A stretch of 64,000 nucleotides of DNA from an uncultured Syntrophomonadaceae bacterium (GTDB taxonomy: Bacteria; Bacillota; Dethiobacteria; DTU022): contig CAZBKZ010000008.1 of NCBI GenBank assembly GCA_964492615.1, positions 13,865 to 77,864 of the forward strand. Reading direction: 5' to 3'. Made by a program: the position numbers and the translations under genes. The number at the start of each line of letters is the position of its first letter. Positions within the stretch are counted from its first letter, which is position 1. Shown here piece by piece: positions 28,848 to 38,062 of the stretch. The notes below the pieces were generated by a model. It did not search any database, was not told where the DNA came from, and saw only the letters and a program-made list of their open reading frames with translations.

Positions 28848-29615
28848 TTATTTTACCTTAACACCGCGATCAGTCAGGTAATTTTTTAAATCGCTTATTT
28901 TAATATCTCCGAAGTGAAAGATTGATGCTGCAAGTAATATAGTTGCACCTGCCTGGGCGGCTTCATAAAAATGTTCCAGTTTTCCTGCCCCCCCTGAAGC
29001 GACGACCTCTGCTGAAACTGCTTTTTTTATTGCCCTTATAACAGGCAGATCATAGCCGGCACGGGAGCCGTCTCCTGCTTTGCTCGTAGGCAAAATAACG
29101 TTAACACCTGTATCGTCAATCTTTTTTGCCCACTCTACAGCATCGGTTCCTGTTGGCGTACGGCCTCCATCAATATAAACTTCATAACCGGAAGGCATGT
29201 TTTTGCTATGATCTACATCAATAGCTACTGTAACCCGCTCCTGCCCCAGATTTTTAACCAGTTCCGCTGCTAAATCCGGCTTGCGGAAAGCAGCGCTGCT
29301 GACTGAAATCCGATCAGCACCGGCCTTAAGTACTGCTTCGGCTGTTTTTATATCACTGATTCCCCCACCAACGGTAAAAGGTACTGTAGTAATTTCGGCT
29401 ACCTGCCTGACCACGTCGAGCATTGTTGCCCTGCCTTCAACGGTTGCAGTTATGTCAAGCAGTGCCAGTTCATCAGCGCCTGCTTTACAGTACTCTGCGG
29501 CACAGGCTACCGGATCGCCGGCATCCCTGATGTTAACGAAATGAACTCCTTTTACCACTCTGCCATTTTGCATATCAAGACAAGGCATAATCCGAACCAA
29601 TGAATCCATAAGCAA
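28848..29615 (-). CDS. hisF: Imidazole glycerol phosphate synthase cyclase subunit
   Basis: PCLDMQNGRVVKGV, TVGGGI, and a C-terminal ASGGAG...AASIFHF (beta/alpha)8 HisF signature. Confidence 0.8.
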   Translation of the reverse strand: MLMDSLVRIMPCLDMQNGRVVKGVHFVNIRDAGDPVACAAEYCKAGADELALLDITATVEGRATMLDVVRQVAEITTVPFTVGGGISDIKTAEAVLKAGADRISVSSAAFRKPDLAAELVKNLGQERVTVAIDVDHSKNMPSGYEVYIDGGRTPTGTDAVEWAKKIDDTGVNVILPTSKAGDGSRAGYDLPVIRAIKKAVSAEVVASGGAGKLEHFYEAAQAGATILLAASIFHFGDIKISDLKNYLTDRGVKVK

Positions 29616-29659
29616 TCCTCCTGTTTCATTAAACTTGTTCTTATTTTACCGACATGCTA

Positions 29660-30175
29660 TTAGCTTAAATCATCTAAAATATTAACTGCTTTTTCCTGCA
29701 TCGAAAGACTTTTACCGGTAATTTCAAGCTTTCGTTTACCGACTTCTCTGAAGCCTAACCGGGCATGAAAAGCCAAAGAACGTTCATTTGGCGGAGTAGA
29801 ATATATTTCACAGGTAATCCGGGGTATCCCGGAATATTGGGCAAAGGAGATGGCATCTTTATACAGTGTTGTACCTATACTTTGACCCTGGTAACCAGGC
29901 TTTATAACGATCCTGTCAATATAAAGGAATTTCTTGTATTGCTGTGAAAACCAATTGTAGTTATCGTTAATATATGGGGTATTATCACTCATTGCCAGCA
30001 GGAAGCCGACTACTTCCTGGTTAATGACTGCAACACGGTGATATGCAGCCAATGAATCGAGCAAGCTCAACCGGTCTAGATCCATAGCGCTGGTATAAAT
30101 AACTTCGGCCGCATTAATTTCGACAATTGCGGAAAAATCATTTACATTGGCATCGCGGATTATAATTTGGCTCAT
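29660..30175 (-). CDS. GNAT-family N-acetyltransferase
   Basis: Acetyl-CoA-binding motif region (Q/R-x-x-G-x-G/A-like: YQGQSIGTTLY); 171 aa. Confidence 0.65.
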   Translation of the reverse strand: MSQIIIRDANVNDFSAIVEINAAEVIYTSAMDLDRLSLLDSLAAYHRVAVINQEVVGFLLAMSDNTPYINDNYNWFSQQYKKFLYIDRIVIKPGYQGQSIGTTLYKDAISFAQYSGIPRITCEIYSTPPNERSLAFHARLGFREVGKRKLEITGKSLSMQEKAVNILDDLS

Positions 30176-30304
30176 TATGCTATCTCCTTTCCAGCATTTA
30201 TCCTGTCCCTATCCATAATAACACAGGTAGAGCCGGGCAGGCACTACTTAACCATGAAGTGGTGTTTTGACCAGCTGATTGACTTCTTATAATCAAGTTT
30301 GCAG

Positions 30305-31558
30305 CTATGAATTTGATAGTGGTGATTGTTTTTTAGAGGCAATGCGCCTTATAAGGCGTTTTCGCCTGTGTTCGAGTGCGTCGGTGTTTATAGCACCTGA
30401 AACCGGAAAGTTATAATACCGTCTAAAATCGAGGAGAGCTTTATCTGTTATCTCGAGAGCTTTTTCAAAGTTCTTTGCCTGGTGTTCGTAATACTTTGCC
30501 AGCTCAACCCGGGCTGGGAGAGCGGAGTTATGATTAAGAGTCAGGTTTTCCCAAATGGCTACAGCTTCAGGCCAGCATTGCTTTCTTTTATAAAAGAGAG
30601 CCAGTTCCAGGGCAGCTTCAGAAGCTAAAGGTCCCTTACCGGATGCTGCCATATTGAGAAAGTCCACTCCGGATCCGATGCGGCCTGCTTCCAGGCAGAG
30701 CTGCCCCAGGGCCAGTGCTTCGGCAGGGTGTTCAATATTCTCTCCGGCCCCGAGGCATGATATTTTGTCGAGCAGGGTAACCATGGAGAGAATGTCGAGC
30801 ACGTTGTGCTGGAAAACCTGTTTCAGGCGACCTGTCTCACCGCGTCTCAGGTAGTTAAAATAAACAGCCGGTATTTCCGCACCGGGGATATCGTCGTAAC
30901 GACGGATGCCGAGCAAGTTTTCTTCAATGGAGCGCAGGGACCGTGAAGCCAAACGGTTTTTCCAGAGAACCCTGGAGCATTGCAGCAGGTCAAGGTGCAG
31001 GGGGGGTGTAGTTTGCCTGATTCCTGCCAGCATCTGGCGGGTTTGGATCAGGGGCAGATCGAATAGTTTACCGTTAAAAGTAATTAAGGCTGAAAAGTTT
31101 TCAGCGGCAGAGGAGAAATGGCTGAGCACAGAACGTTCTTCTGCCGGCCGACGCAGAAAATACTGGCGCAGGAGGAAGTGATTGTTTTCCAGCCAGCCAA
31201 GACCGATTAAAAATGCCAGGGTGCCTGTACCACCGGATAGTCCTGTTGTTTCAACATCAAAAAAGAGGGATTGTGCCGGGGTAAAGGCAGTTAGTCTTTC
31301 ATCCCGTGCCGGCAAGGTCAGCCTTGAGCCACTACAGTTGAGCAGGGAGCCCAGTTCTTTTCCACCGTGCCGGTGATCTAAAGGAAAGATCAGCTCACGA
31401 ATGTAGCAGCACCCGAAAGGCGTTTCTTCTTCACGGCTTTCATTTGGAAATAGTCTGTCTTTGGTTTGGTTAAGAAAGGAGTTGGCCAGTTCCCTGCCGG
31501 TTTTTACTTCACCCGTACGGCGCAGCTCACCGAGTCTTGTCTTTAAATCACGTTTCAA
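30305..31558 (-). CDS. mrfB: RNase-H-like 3'-5' exonuclease with C-terminal TPR domain (YprB/MrfB-like)
   Basis: The exonuclease FFDVETTGLS motif is followed by TPR-like helices. Its start overlaps the stop of the upstream helicase gene (ATGA), implying translational coupling. Confidence 0.6.
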   Translation of the reverse strand: MKRDLKTRLGELRRTGEVKTGRELANSFLNQTKDRLFPNESREEETPFGCCYIRELIFPLDHRHGGKELGSLLNCSGSRLTLPARDERLTAFTPAQSLFFDVETTGLSGGTGTLAFLIGLGWLENNHFLLRQYFLRRPAEERSVLSHFSSAAENFSALITFNGKLFDLPLIQTRQMLAGIRQTTPPLHLDLLQCSRVLWKNRLASRSLRSIEENLLGIRRYDDIPGAEIPAVYFNYLRRGETGRLKQVFQHNVLDILSMVTLLDKISCLGAGENIEHPAEALALGQLCLEAGRIGSGVDFLNMAASGKGPLASEAALELALFYKRKQCWPEAVAIWENLTLNHNSALPARVELAKYYEHQAKNFEKALEITDKALLDFRRYYNFPVSGAINTDALEHRRKRLIRRIASKKQSPLSNS

Positions 31559-33819
31559 CTGAGAATCACCTCGATCAGTTTCAGGGCAGGCTGTTTGACC
31601 GGTTCACCGGCCTGGTAGGACGGTCCGATACAAGATGGGCAACCGTCAATGCACTGGCAGCTGTTTATAACTGAACGGGCTGCTTTAAAGACTTCACGGT
31701 ATTCTTCAAAGATTTTTTTGCTGTATCCAACCCCGCCGGGGAAATTATCATAAATGTAGATAGTTGGCAGTTCGGTAAAAGGTGCTTTAACCTGGCTGAC
31801 AGCTCGCAGATCGCGGGGGTCGCTCATTAAAAAGAGGGAGGCTACCTCGGGAATAAGGTGAGCAAGCCCGAGCAGACCGGATTGAATTTCAGCTTGAGAC
31901 AATAGCTGCGTCACCTCCGGCTTAAAGGTAACCCAGAAAGCAGTGGTATGCATCTCAGTTTCCGGCAGGTCTACCGGGCCGGCACCCAGGTTTTCATGGG
32001 TGTTAAAGCGTATTTTCTTAAACATGGAAACCAGGGCGTTGATGCGTACATCACCCCAGGCCCGATCTACCTGTTTCTCTCCATCGCTGTTAAAAATGTC
32101 GAGGACTTTGAGGTCAACGCTCAGGTTGGCATCAGTGTAGTAATTAACCTCAACCTGCCGTACAAAAGCTTTTTTTTCTGCAAAATCGAGTTTTTCAACC
32201 TGGAACTGGCGACCGCCATGGATATAAATAGCTTCTTCGTGAACCAGCATAGGTGCGCTGAAGCGATCGACCTCCCCGATAGTAACCGGCTTAGAACCGG
32301 TAATATCAGTAATGACTACATTTTCCATGGTAGCGCTGCGCAGGCTGATTTCTTCCGCCGGATATGCATCCTCCATCCAGTGGAAACGACCATCATTCTG
32401 GTAAAGAACATCTTCATCTTCTAAAAAATGCAGGACATCAAGGATTTCGGCAGTGCCGAAACGGTCATTTTTGTCAAAGGGCAGCTCAAATGCCGCACAA
32501 CGAACATGGTTGGTTAAAATGGTTGGGTTATCCGGATCAGCAAGGGCTCGTTCAGGGGTACGTCCAAAGAAGTAGTCCGGGTTTGAAACTATATACTGGT
32601 TAAGTGGTTCACTGTTGGCAATCAACAGAACCAGCGATTCGCCGCTGCGCCGCCCTGATCGGCCGGCCTGCTGCCAGGTGCTGGCTATACTGCCCGGGTA
32701 ACCGGTGATTATACAGGCATCCAGTGCTCCAATATCTATACCCAGTTCAAGAGCGTTGGTGCTGACCACAGCTTTAACAGCACCACTGCGTAAACCTTCT
32801 TCAATTGCTCTTCGTTCCCGGGGCAGGTAGCCCCCCCGGTAGCCACAGATTCCGCTGTCTCGGCCAGGGCGTTCCCTGAAAGCCTGGCGCAGGTAGGTCA
32901 GCAGTACTTCAACGCCAAGACGGCTGCGGGTGAAAACTATTGTCTGTATATCGTTTCTTATTAATTCAGCGGCAACCTTGCGTGTCTCAAGCAGTGAACT
33001 GCGCCGAATACCGAGTTCTGGATTAACCAGGGGTGGGTTGTAAAAAACAAAATGCTTTTCAGAGCGTGGTGCGCCGTTATCGGTAATTACCGTGAGCGGC
33101 TCTTCTATTAATAAGCCGGCCAGTTCGCCGGGATTCGCGATGGTGGCCGAGCAGAGGATGAAACGGGGGTTTGATCCGTAAAAAGCACAGATTCTTTTTA
33201 ACCTGCGGATCACATTGGCTACGTGACTGCCAAAAACGCCGCGATACTGGTGCATTTCATCAATTACAATATATTTTAAGTTTTGAAATAGCTGCACCCA
33301 CTTGGTATGATGGGGGAGAATGGCCGAGTGAAGCATATCAGGATTGGTTACCACTATATGGCCGCTACGGCGGATACCCTGACGTAATCCCGGTTCTGTG
33401 TCGCCGTCATAAGTGTAACAGTTAAGCTTTAAATCAATGTCGGCTGTCAGGTTACGCAGCTCGGCAACCTGATCCTGAGAAAGGGCTTTTGTAGGAAACA
33501 GGTAAAGGGCCCTGCTGCTGGAATCCTTTATCATCGAACTGACAACAGGCAGGTTATAACAAAGCGTTTTACCGGAAGCAGTTGGAGTTACTACAACCAC
33601 ATGGTCACCATGGTTTACAGCATCTACTGCTTCATACTGATGACTGTATAGTTTGGTTATACCGCGCTTTTTTAGAGAGTTAACCAGTTGTGGCTCAAGA
33701 AATTCCGGAAAAGTCCGGTAACGTCCTTCAGAGGCAGGGACCACTTCCCAGCGGGTAACACTGTTCATAAAAGCCGGATTATCATTCCACTGTTGCAAAA
33801 TATCTTTCAGTTTGCTCAT
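31555..33819 (-). CDS. mrfA: DEAD/DEAH-box helicase with C-terminal DUF1998 four-Cys domain (YprA/MrfA-like)
   Basis: Walker A TPTASGKT, DEMH box, helicase C domain, and C-terminal CQC...CPSC zinc cluster (DUF1998). I chose the start at MSKLKDIL because it follows an AAGGCGGA RBS. Confidence 0.75.
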   Translation of the reverse strand: MSKLKDILQQWNDNPAFMNSVTRWEVVPASEGRYRTFPEFLEPQLVNSLKKRGITKLYSHQYEAVDAVNHGDHVVVVTPTASGKTLCYNLPVVSSMIKDSSSRALYLFPTKALSQDQVAELRNLTADIDLKLNCYTYDGDTEPGLRQGIRRSGHIVVTNPDMLHSAILPHHTKWVQLFQNLKYIVIDEMHQYRGVFGSHVANVIRRLKRICAFYGSNPRFILCSATIANPGELAGLLIEEPLTVITDNGAPRSEKHFVFYNPPLVNPELGIRRSSLLETRKVAAELIRNDIQTIVFTRSRLGVEVLLTYLRQAFRERPGRDSGICGYRGGYLPRERRAIEEGLRSGAVKAVVSTNALELGIDIGALDACIITGYPGSIASTWQQAGRSGRRSGESLVLLIANSEPLNQYIVSNPDYFFGRTPERALADPDNPTILTNHVRCAAFELPFDKNDRFGTAEILDVLHFLEDEDVLYQNDGRFHWMEDAYPAEEISLRSATMENVVITDITGSKPVTIGEVDRFSAPMLVHEEAIYIHGGRQFQVEKLDFAEKKAFVRQVEVNYYTDANLSVDLKVLDIFNSDGEKQVDRAWGDVRINALVSMFKKIRFNTHENLGAGPVDLPETEMHTTAFWVTFKPEVTQLLSQAEIQSGLLGLAHLIPEVASLFLMSDPRDLRAVSQVKAPFTELPTIYIYDNFPGGVGYSKKIFEEYREVFKAARSVINSCQCIDGCPSCIGPSYQAGEPVKQPALKLIEVILS

Positions 33820-33996
33820 CAATTTTTCCGCCTTAAACATCAGTTTGTTATACATAAGGTATATTCGCCGCAAAAAAAGATTATCCTACCTGGCAGCCAA
33901 AAGATGCCCTAAAATCAGAGGATTTGCCGGTCTGCTGCCGAAATAAGTAAAGACAAAAACAGCATTTAATTCTATATATTATAGGAGGTAAGTATT

Positions 33997-35034
33997 ATGC
34001 GTAAAGGTAATCCGTTTGGCACACATCGGGTCATCGAGCCGAAAGGCCTGCTTCCCCAGCCGGCTGTAAAAATCGATAATGATATGGAAATATACGACAA
34101 TGAAGTACTGATCGATGTAGAAGTTTTAAACATTGATTCGGCCAGTTTTACCCAGATTGAAGAAGAGGCCGGTGGTGATGAAGCAAAAATAGCTGAAATT
34201 ATGACCGGTATAGTTGCTAAAAGAGGCAAACACCACAATCCTGTGACCGGTTCAGGGGGGATGCTGATCGGCAGGGCTGAGAAGATAGGCCCTAACTGGA
34301 ATGGGAAAACTCCCCTTAAAGAAGGGCAGCGTCTGGCCACCCTGGTTTCTCTCTCACTTACACCACTCAGAATTGATAAGATCAAGAGAATCCATAAAGA
34401 TATTGACCAGGTAGAAATTGAAGGTAAGGCAATTCTGTTTGAAAGTGGCATATTTGCAGTGTTGCCCGATGATTTGCCCCAGACTCTTTCCCTGGCAGTT
34501 TTGGATGTTGCCGGGGCTGCAGCTCAAACTGCAAAGCTGGTTAAGCCCGGCGACAAGGTAGCCATTATAGGGGCCGGCGGTAAATCGGGCCTGCTCTGCC
34601 TTTATGAAGCCAAGAAGAGAGCGGGTGTTACCGGCCAGGTAATTGGCATCGCTCCGCGGGAGGCCAGCATGAAAAGAGCGGAATCTACCGGTTACTGTGA
34701 TGCGGTACTAATGGCCGATGCTTCGGATGCTATTGATATTATGAATAAAGTTCAGGAAGTCACTGACGGTGCCATGGCTGATGTAACAATCAACTGTGTT
34801 AATATTCCCAACACCGAACTCTCCTCGATTCTGGCTACACGCGATGGTGGCATTGTTTATTATTTCAGCATGGCTACCTCTTTTACCGCGGCAGCACTGG
34901 GTGCTGAAGGTGTGGGTAAAGATGTTACAATGATTGTTGGTAACGGTTATACGAAAGATCATGCTGCTATATCACTGAATATTATGAGGGAAAGTCCGGT
35001 TCTGCGGAAAATATTTGAGGATTTATATACATAG
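33997..35034 (+). CDS. kdd: L-erythro-3,5-diaminohexanoate dehydrogenase-like protein
   Basis: 345 aa with a Rossmann GAGGKSG motif. Length and overall sequence fit the Kdd family as I recall it, and the co-location with kal and kce supports this. The call rests on resemblance from memory, not a database hit. Confidence 0.55.
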   Translation: MRKGNPFGTHRVIEPKGLLPQPAVKIDNDMEIYDNEVLIDVEVLNIDSASFTQIEEEAGGDEAKIAEIMTGIVAKRGKHHNPVTGSGGMLIGRAEKIGPNWNGKTPLKEGQRLATLVSLSLTPLRIDKIKRIHKDIDQVEIEGKAILFESGIFAVLPDDLPQTLSLAVLDVAGAAAQTAKLVKPGDKVAIIGAGGKSGLLCLYEAKKRAGVTGQVIGIAPREASMKRAESTGYCDAVLMADASDAIDIMNKVQEVTDGAMADVTINCVNIPNTELSSILATRDGGIVYYFSMATSFTAAALGAEGVGKDVTMIVGNGYTKDHAAISLNIMRESPVLRKIFEDLYT

Positions 35035-35227
35035 GGTTTAGGAAGGGGAAACGTTACTTTCTGAACTAAGCGAATATTTTGCCTGACTCCTTTTATCATG
35101 TTATTGGAAATATCCGCCATCCGGTTTCCGGGGGAGGTGCAATGGCATAAATTAAAGATTCATCTCTCGGCTTATACTTGCAGTTTAAAATGCTAAAACA
35201 AAATAACTCAAAAGGAGTGATTTTTTA

Positions 35228-36379
35228 ATGCGTGTAGCAGTAGTTGGCGGAAGTGGTGAGATGGGTTCTGCGGCATCTTACGACCTGATGAAGAGCGAGG
35301 GTGTCGAACAGGTTGTTTTGTTGAGCAGAAGAGCAAAAAAAGAGAATTTGCATCCCAAGCTGGCAGCCAGTGAAAAGGTATCGGTAAAGAATGTCGATGT
35401 AAACGATACTGAACAACTGGTAAAGTATCTAAAGGATTTTGATGCTGTTGTCAACTGTGTCGGACCTTTCTTTTCAACCGGGTATAAGGTTGTTAAAGCG
35501 GCTATCCAGGCCGGGGTTCATTACGTAGATATCGACGACGATTATGATTCAGTCAAGTTGATGTTAGACCCCGAACTGGATCGCCAGGCAAAAGAAGCAG
35601 GGATAACTGTTTTATATTCAATGGGTGCAGATCCTGGCACAGGTAACATTTTGGCCAGGAAAGCATGTGACGAAATGGACCAGGTTGATATTGTTGATTT
35701 TTACTGGGTCCTCGGTGCATATGACTGCACTGGTAAAGCAGTATGGGAACACGTATTACATATGAATACCGGTATGGTTCCGCAATTCATTGACGGCAGG
35801 CTGCAGGACGTTCCGGCTGGCTCCGAAGTTGAAGTGGTAGATTTTATTGAACCGTTTGGTGCCTGTGAAGTGCATTTTGTCGGCCACCCGGAGCCACTTA
35901 CCTTCCCCAAATATTTTCTCGATAAAGGGGTTAAGCGGGTAACGAACAAGGGCGGTATGTTGCCCAAGTGGGTTAATGACGATATAAGGGTTCAGAATAA
36001 CTGGGGTTTTACTGGAACTGAACCTATAGAGGTCAATGGACAGATGGTTTCTCCTCATGACATGGCACTGGAACTATGGCGTGAAAGGCCGCCTCAGGGC
36101 GATTTGGGCCAGTATACATCAGGTGTCAAGGTTATCATTAAAGGGGTTAAAGATGGTAATGCTATTACCACTACTTATGATATAGCAGGCAATACGGCCC
36201 CCGGAACCGGGATACCGCCTTCTATCGGAGCGCAGATGATTGTCAGGGGAGATATAACTGAGCGTGGGGTCTTGCCTCCAGAGGCATGCGTCGACCCCCA
36301 GATATACCTCGATGAGTTTGTCAAGAGAAAAGCAGTGATTTATGAAAATCGTCACGTTGAAAATATTATAAAAAAATAA
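35228..36379 (+). CDS. Saccharopine-dehydrogenase-like NAD(P)-binding protein (PF03435-like)
   Basis: N-terminal VAVVGGSGEMG Rossmann motif and Sdh-family architecture; 383 aa. Inserted between kdd and kal. Confidence 0.55.
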   Translation: MRVAVVGGSGEMGSAASYDLMKSEGVEQVVLLSRRAKKENLHPKLAASEKVSVKNVDVNDTEQLVKYLKDFDAVVNCVGPFFSTGYKVVKAAIQAGVHYVDIDDDYDSVKLMLDPELDRQAKEAGITVLYSMGADPGTGNILARKACDEMDQVDIVDFYWVLGAYDCTGKAVWEHVLHMNTGMVPQFIDGRLQDVPAGSEVEVVDFIEPFGACEVHFVGHPEPLTFPKYFLDKGVKRVTNKGGMLPKWVNDDIRVQNNWGFTGTEPIEVNGQMVSPHDMALELWRERPPQGDLGQYTSGVKVIIKGVKDGNAITTTYDIAGNTAPGTGIPPSIGAQMIVRGDITERGVLPPEACVDPQIYLDEFVKRKAVIYENRHVENIIKK

Positions 36380-36559
36380 AGAGTAAGTAGGTAGGATAAC
36401 CGGCCAAAGATGCATGGGGTTCAATTACTACAGCGCGATATCATGATTAATCGACCGATCAGCCATATCCCGGTAGCTGTCCCAGGGCACGGTTAATTAT
36501 CTGTAAAAGCGTCCTGCCTGAAGTATTATGGTTTTACTCCGAAGGAGGAAGCAGTAAAG

Positions 36560-37012
36560 ATGATTAATGAAAAAGTTATGCTGCGGATGCGTATCAGCAG
36601 CCAGGATGTTCATTACGGCGGCGGTTTGGTAGACGGCGCTCAGGTAGTAAAATTATTTGGCGATGTGGCAACCGAACTATTAATTCGTCATGATGGTGAT
36701 GAAGGGTTGTTCGTGGCCTACGATATGGTTGAATTTAAAATGCAGCTTTGCGCCGGTGATTTCCTCGAAGTCTGGGGCTGGATTGACAAGGTTGGCAACT
36801 CTTCGAGACACATGCAGTTTGAAGCTTATAAAGTAATTACCAATGCAGGAATAGTTGATAAACCTTCTGCGTGTGATATGCTGGAAGAACCGGTTCTCCT
36901 GGCCCGGGCCAGCGGCACCTGTGTTGTTCCGCTTGAACTGCAAAGAGGGCCTCAGATCAGCAAGTACCTAAAACCGGAAAGCCGCGATACAGGAGGTTGT
37001 AAAAATGGATAA
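36560..37012 (+). CDS. kal: 3-aminobutyryl-CoA ammonia-lyase-like hotdog-fold protein
   Basis: Small (~150 aa) hotdog-fold-like protein lying between kdd and kce, as in the lysine-fermentation cluster. The call is based on context and resemblance. Confidence 0.5.
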   Translation: MINEKVMLRMRISSQDVHYGGGLVDGAQVVKLFGDVATELLIRHDGDEGLFVAYDMVEFKMQLCAGDFLEVWGWIDKVGNSSRHMQFEAYKVITNAGIVDKPSACDMLEEPVLLARASGTCVVPLELQRGPQISKYLKPESRDTGGCKNG

Positions 37013-37817
37013 ACTGATTATTACCGCCGCCCTGACCGGCGCCGAAGTTACAAGGGAGCACAATCCCAACCTGCCAGTAACACCGGCTGAGATTGCCGAG
37101 GCTTCTTATGACTGTTTTAATGCAGGGGCTTCGATGGTTCATGTTCATGTACGTAATCAGGATGGAGCACCGACGCAGTCTGCTGATGTTTTCAAAGAAA
37201 CAATGGAGCTGATCAAGGAAAAATGCAATATCATTGTTCAAACATCAACTGGTGGTGCCGTGGGCATGCCCGCCGAGGAGAGACTGCAGCCAGTTTATCT
37301 TAAGCCTGAGATGGCCACTCTCTCAACCGGCTCGGTAAACTTTGGTGATGACGTTTTTTTGAACCCCCCGGCTTACCTTGAAGAATTTGCCAGGGTGATG
37401 AAGGAGCAGGGTGTAAAGCCCGAGATAGAGGCATTTGATGTAGGGATGATTAACAATGCTCTGTATTTATTAAAAAAAGAATTAATATCGTCTCCGATTC
37501 ATTTTGACTTTGTGATGGGTGTCCCAGGTGGAATACCGGGAACGGTTAAAAACCTGCTGCATATGGTGGAGAGTATACCGGCAGGCAGTACCTGGACAGT
37601 GGCAGGTATGGGAAGAACAGAATTGCCCCTTGGCACGGCAGCGATTATCATGGGGGGTAATGTAAGGGTCGGTTTTGAGGATAATATATATTATGAAAAA
37701 GGAGTTCTGGCCGAAAGCAACGCTCAATTAGTTGAGCGCATAGCGCGTATTTCCAAAATACATGGTCGGGAAGTGGCTTCTCCGGATGAAGCACGGCAGA
37801 TTCTTGGGCTGAAGTAA
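37005..37817 (+). CDS. kce: 3-keto-5-aminohexanoate cleavage enzyme (BKACE/DUF849 family)
   Basis: N-terminal M.KLIITAALTGAE... and overall TIM-barrel BKACE hallmarks; 270 aa; overlaps the kal stop codon. Confidence 0.7.
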   Translation: MDKLIITAALTGAEVTREHNPNLPVTPAEIAEASYDCFNAGASMVHVHVRNQDGAPTQSADVFKETMELIKEKCNIIVQTSTGGAVGMPAEERLQPVYLKPEMATLSTGSVNFGDDVFLNPPAYLEEFARVMKEQGVKPEIEAFDVGMINNALYLLKKELISSPIHFDFVMGVPGGIPGTVKNLLHMVESIPAGSTWTVAGMGRTELPLGTAAIIMGGNVRVGFEDNIYYEKGVLAESNAQLVERIARISKIHGREVASPDEARQILGLK

Positions 37818-37844
37818 TTTATAACTAAAGCAGGTATTTTTTAA

Positions 37845-37880
37845 AAGACCTTCCTTAAATGAGGGAGGTCTTACCTTTTT
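37845..37880 (+). terminator. Rho-independent terminator after kce
   Basis: aagaccttcc-ttaaatga-gggaggtctt, then accttttt. Confidence 0.6.
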
Positions 37881-38062
37881 ACAGGGAAACAAACGACACC
37901 GGGTATATTGTTTAAGTATCAGTTTTGGTAACAGGACAGGCTAAAGGTAATTCCTGTAACTGGAGCGTTTTTAATTTGACTGATTAAACTATCATTTGCC
38001 CGTCATAAAAAAAAATAGTAACATGAAAAAATAAAAAACTGTAGCATGGAAGGGTGACAAAC

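Noticed and set aside
35035-35227. Possible lysine riboswitch between kdd and the saccharopine-dehydrogenase-like gene
   Set aside because: I could not find the conserved lysine-riboswitch core elements by eye, so the 190-nt spacer is treated as an ordinary intergenic region. A cmsearch with RF00168 would settle this.
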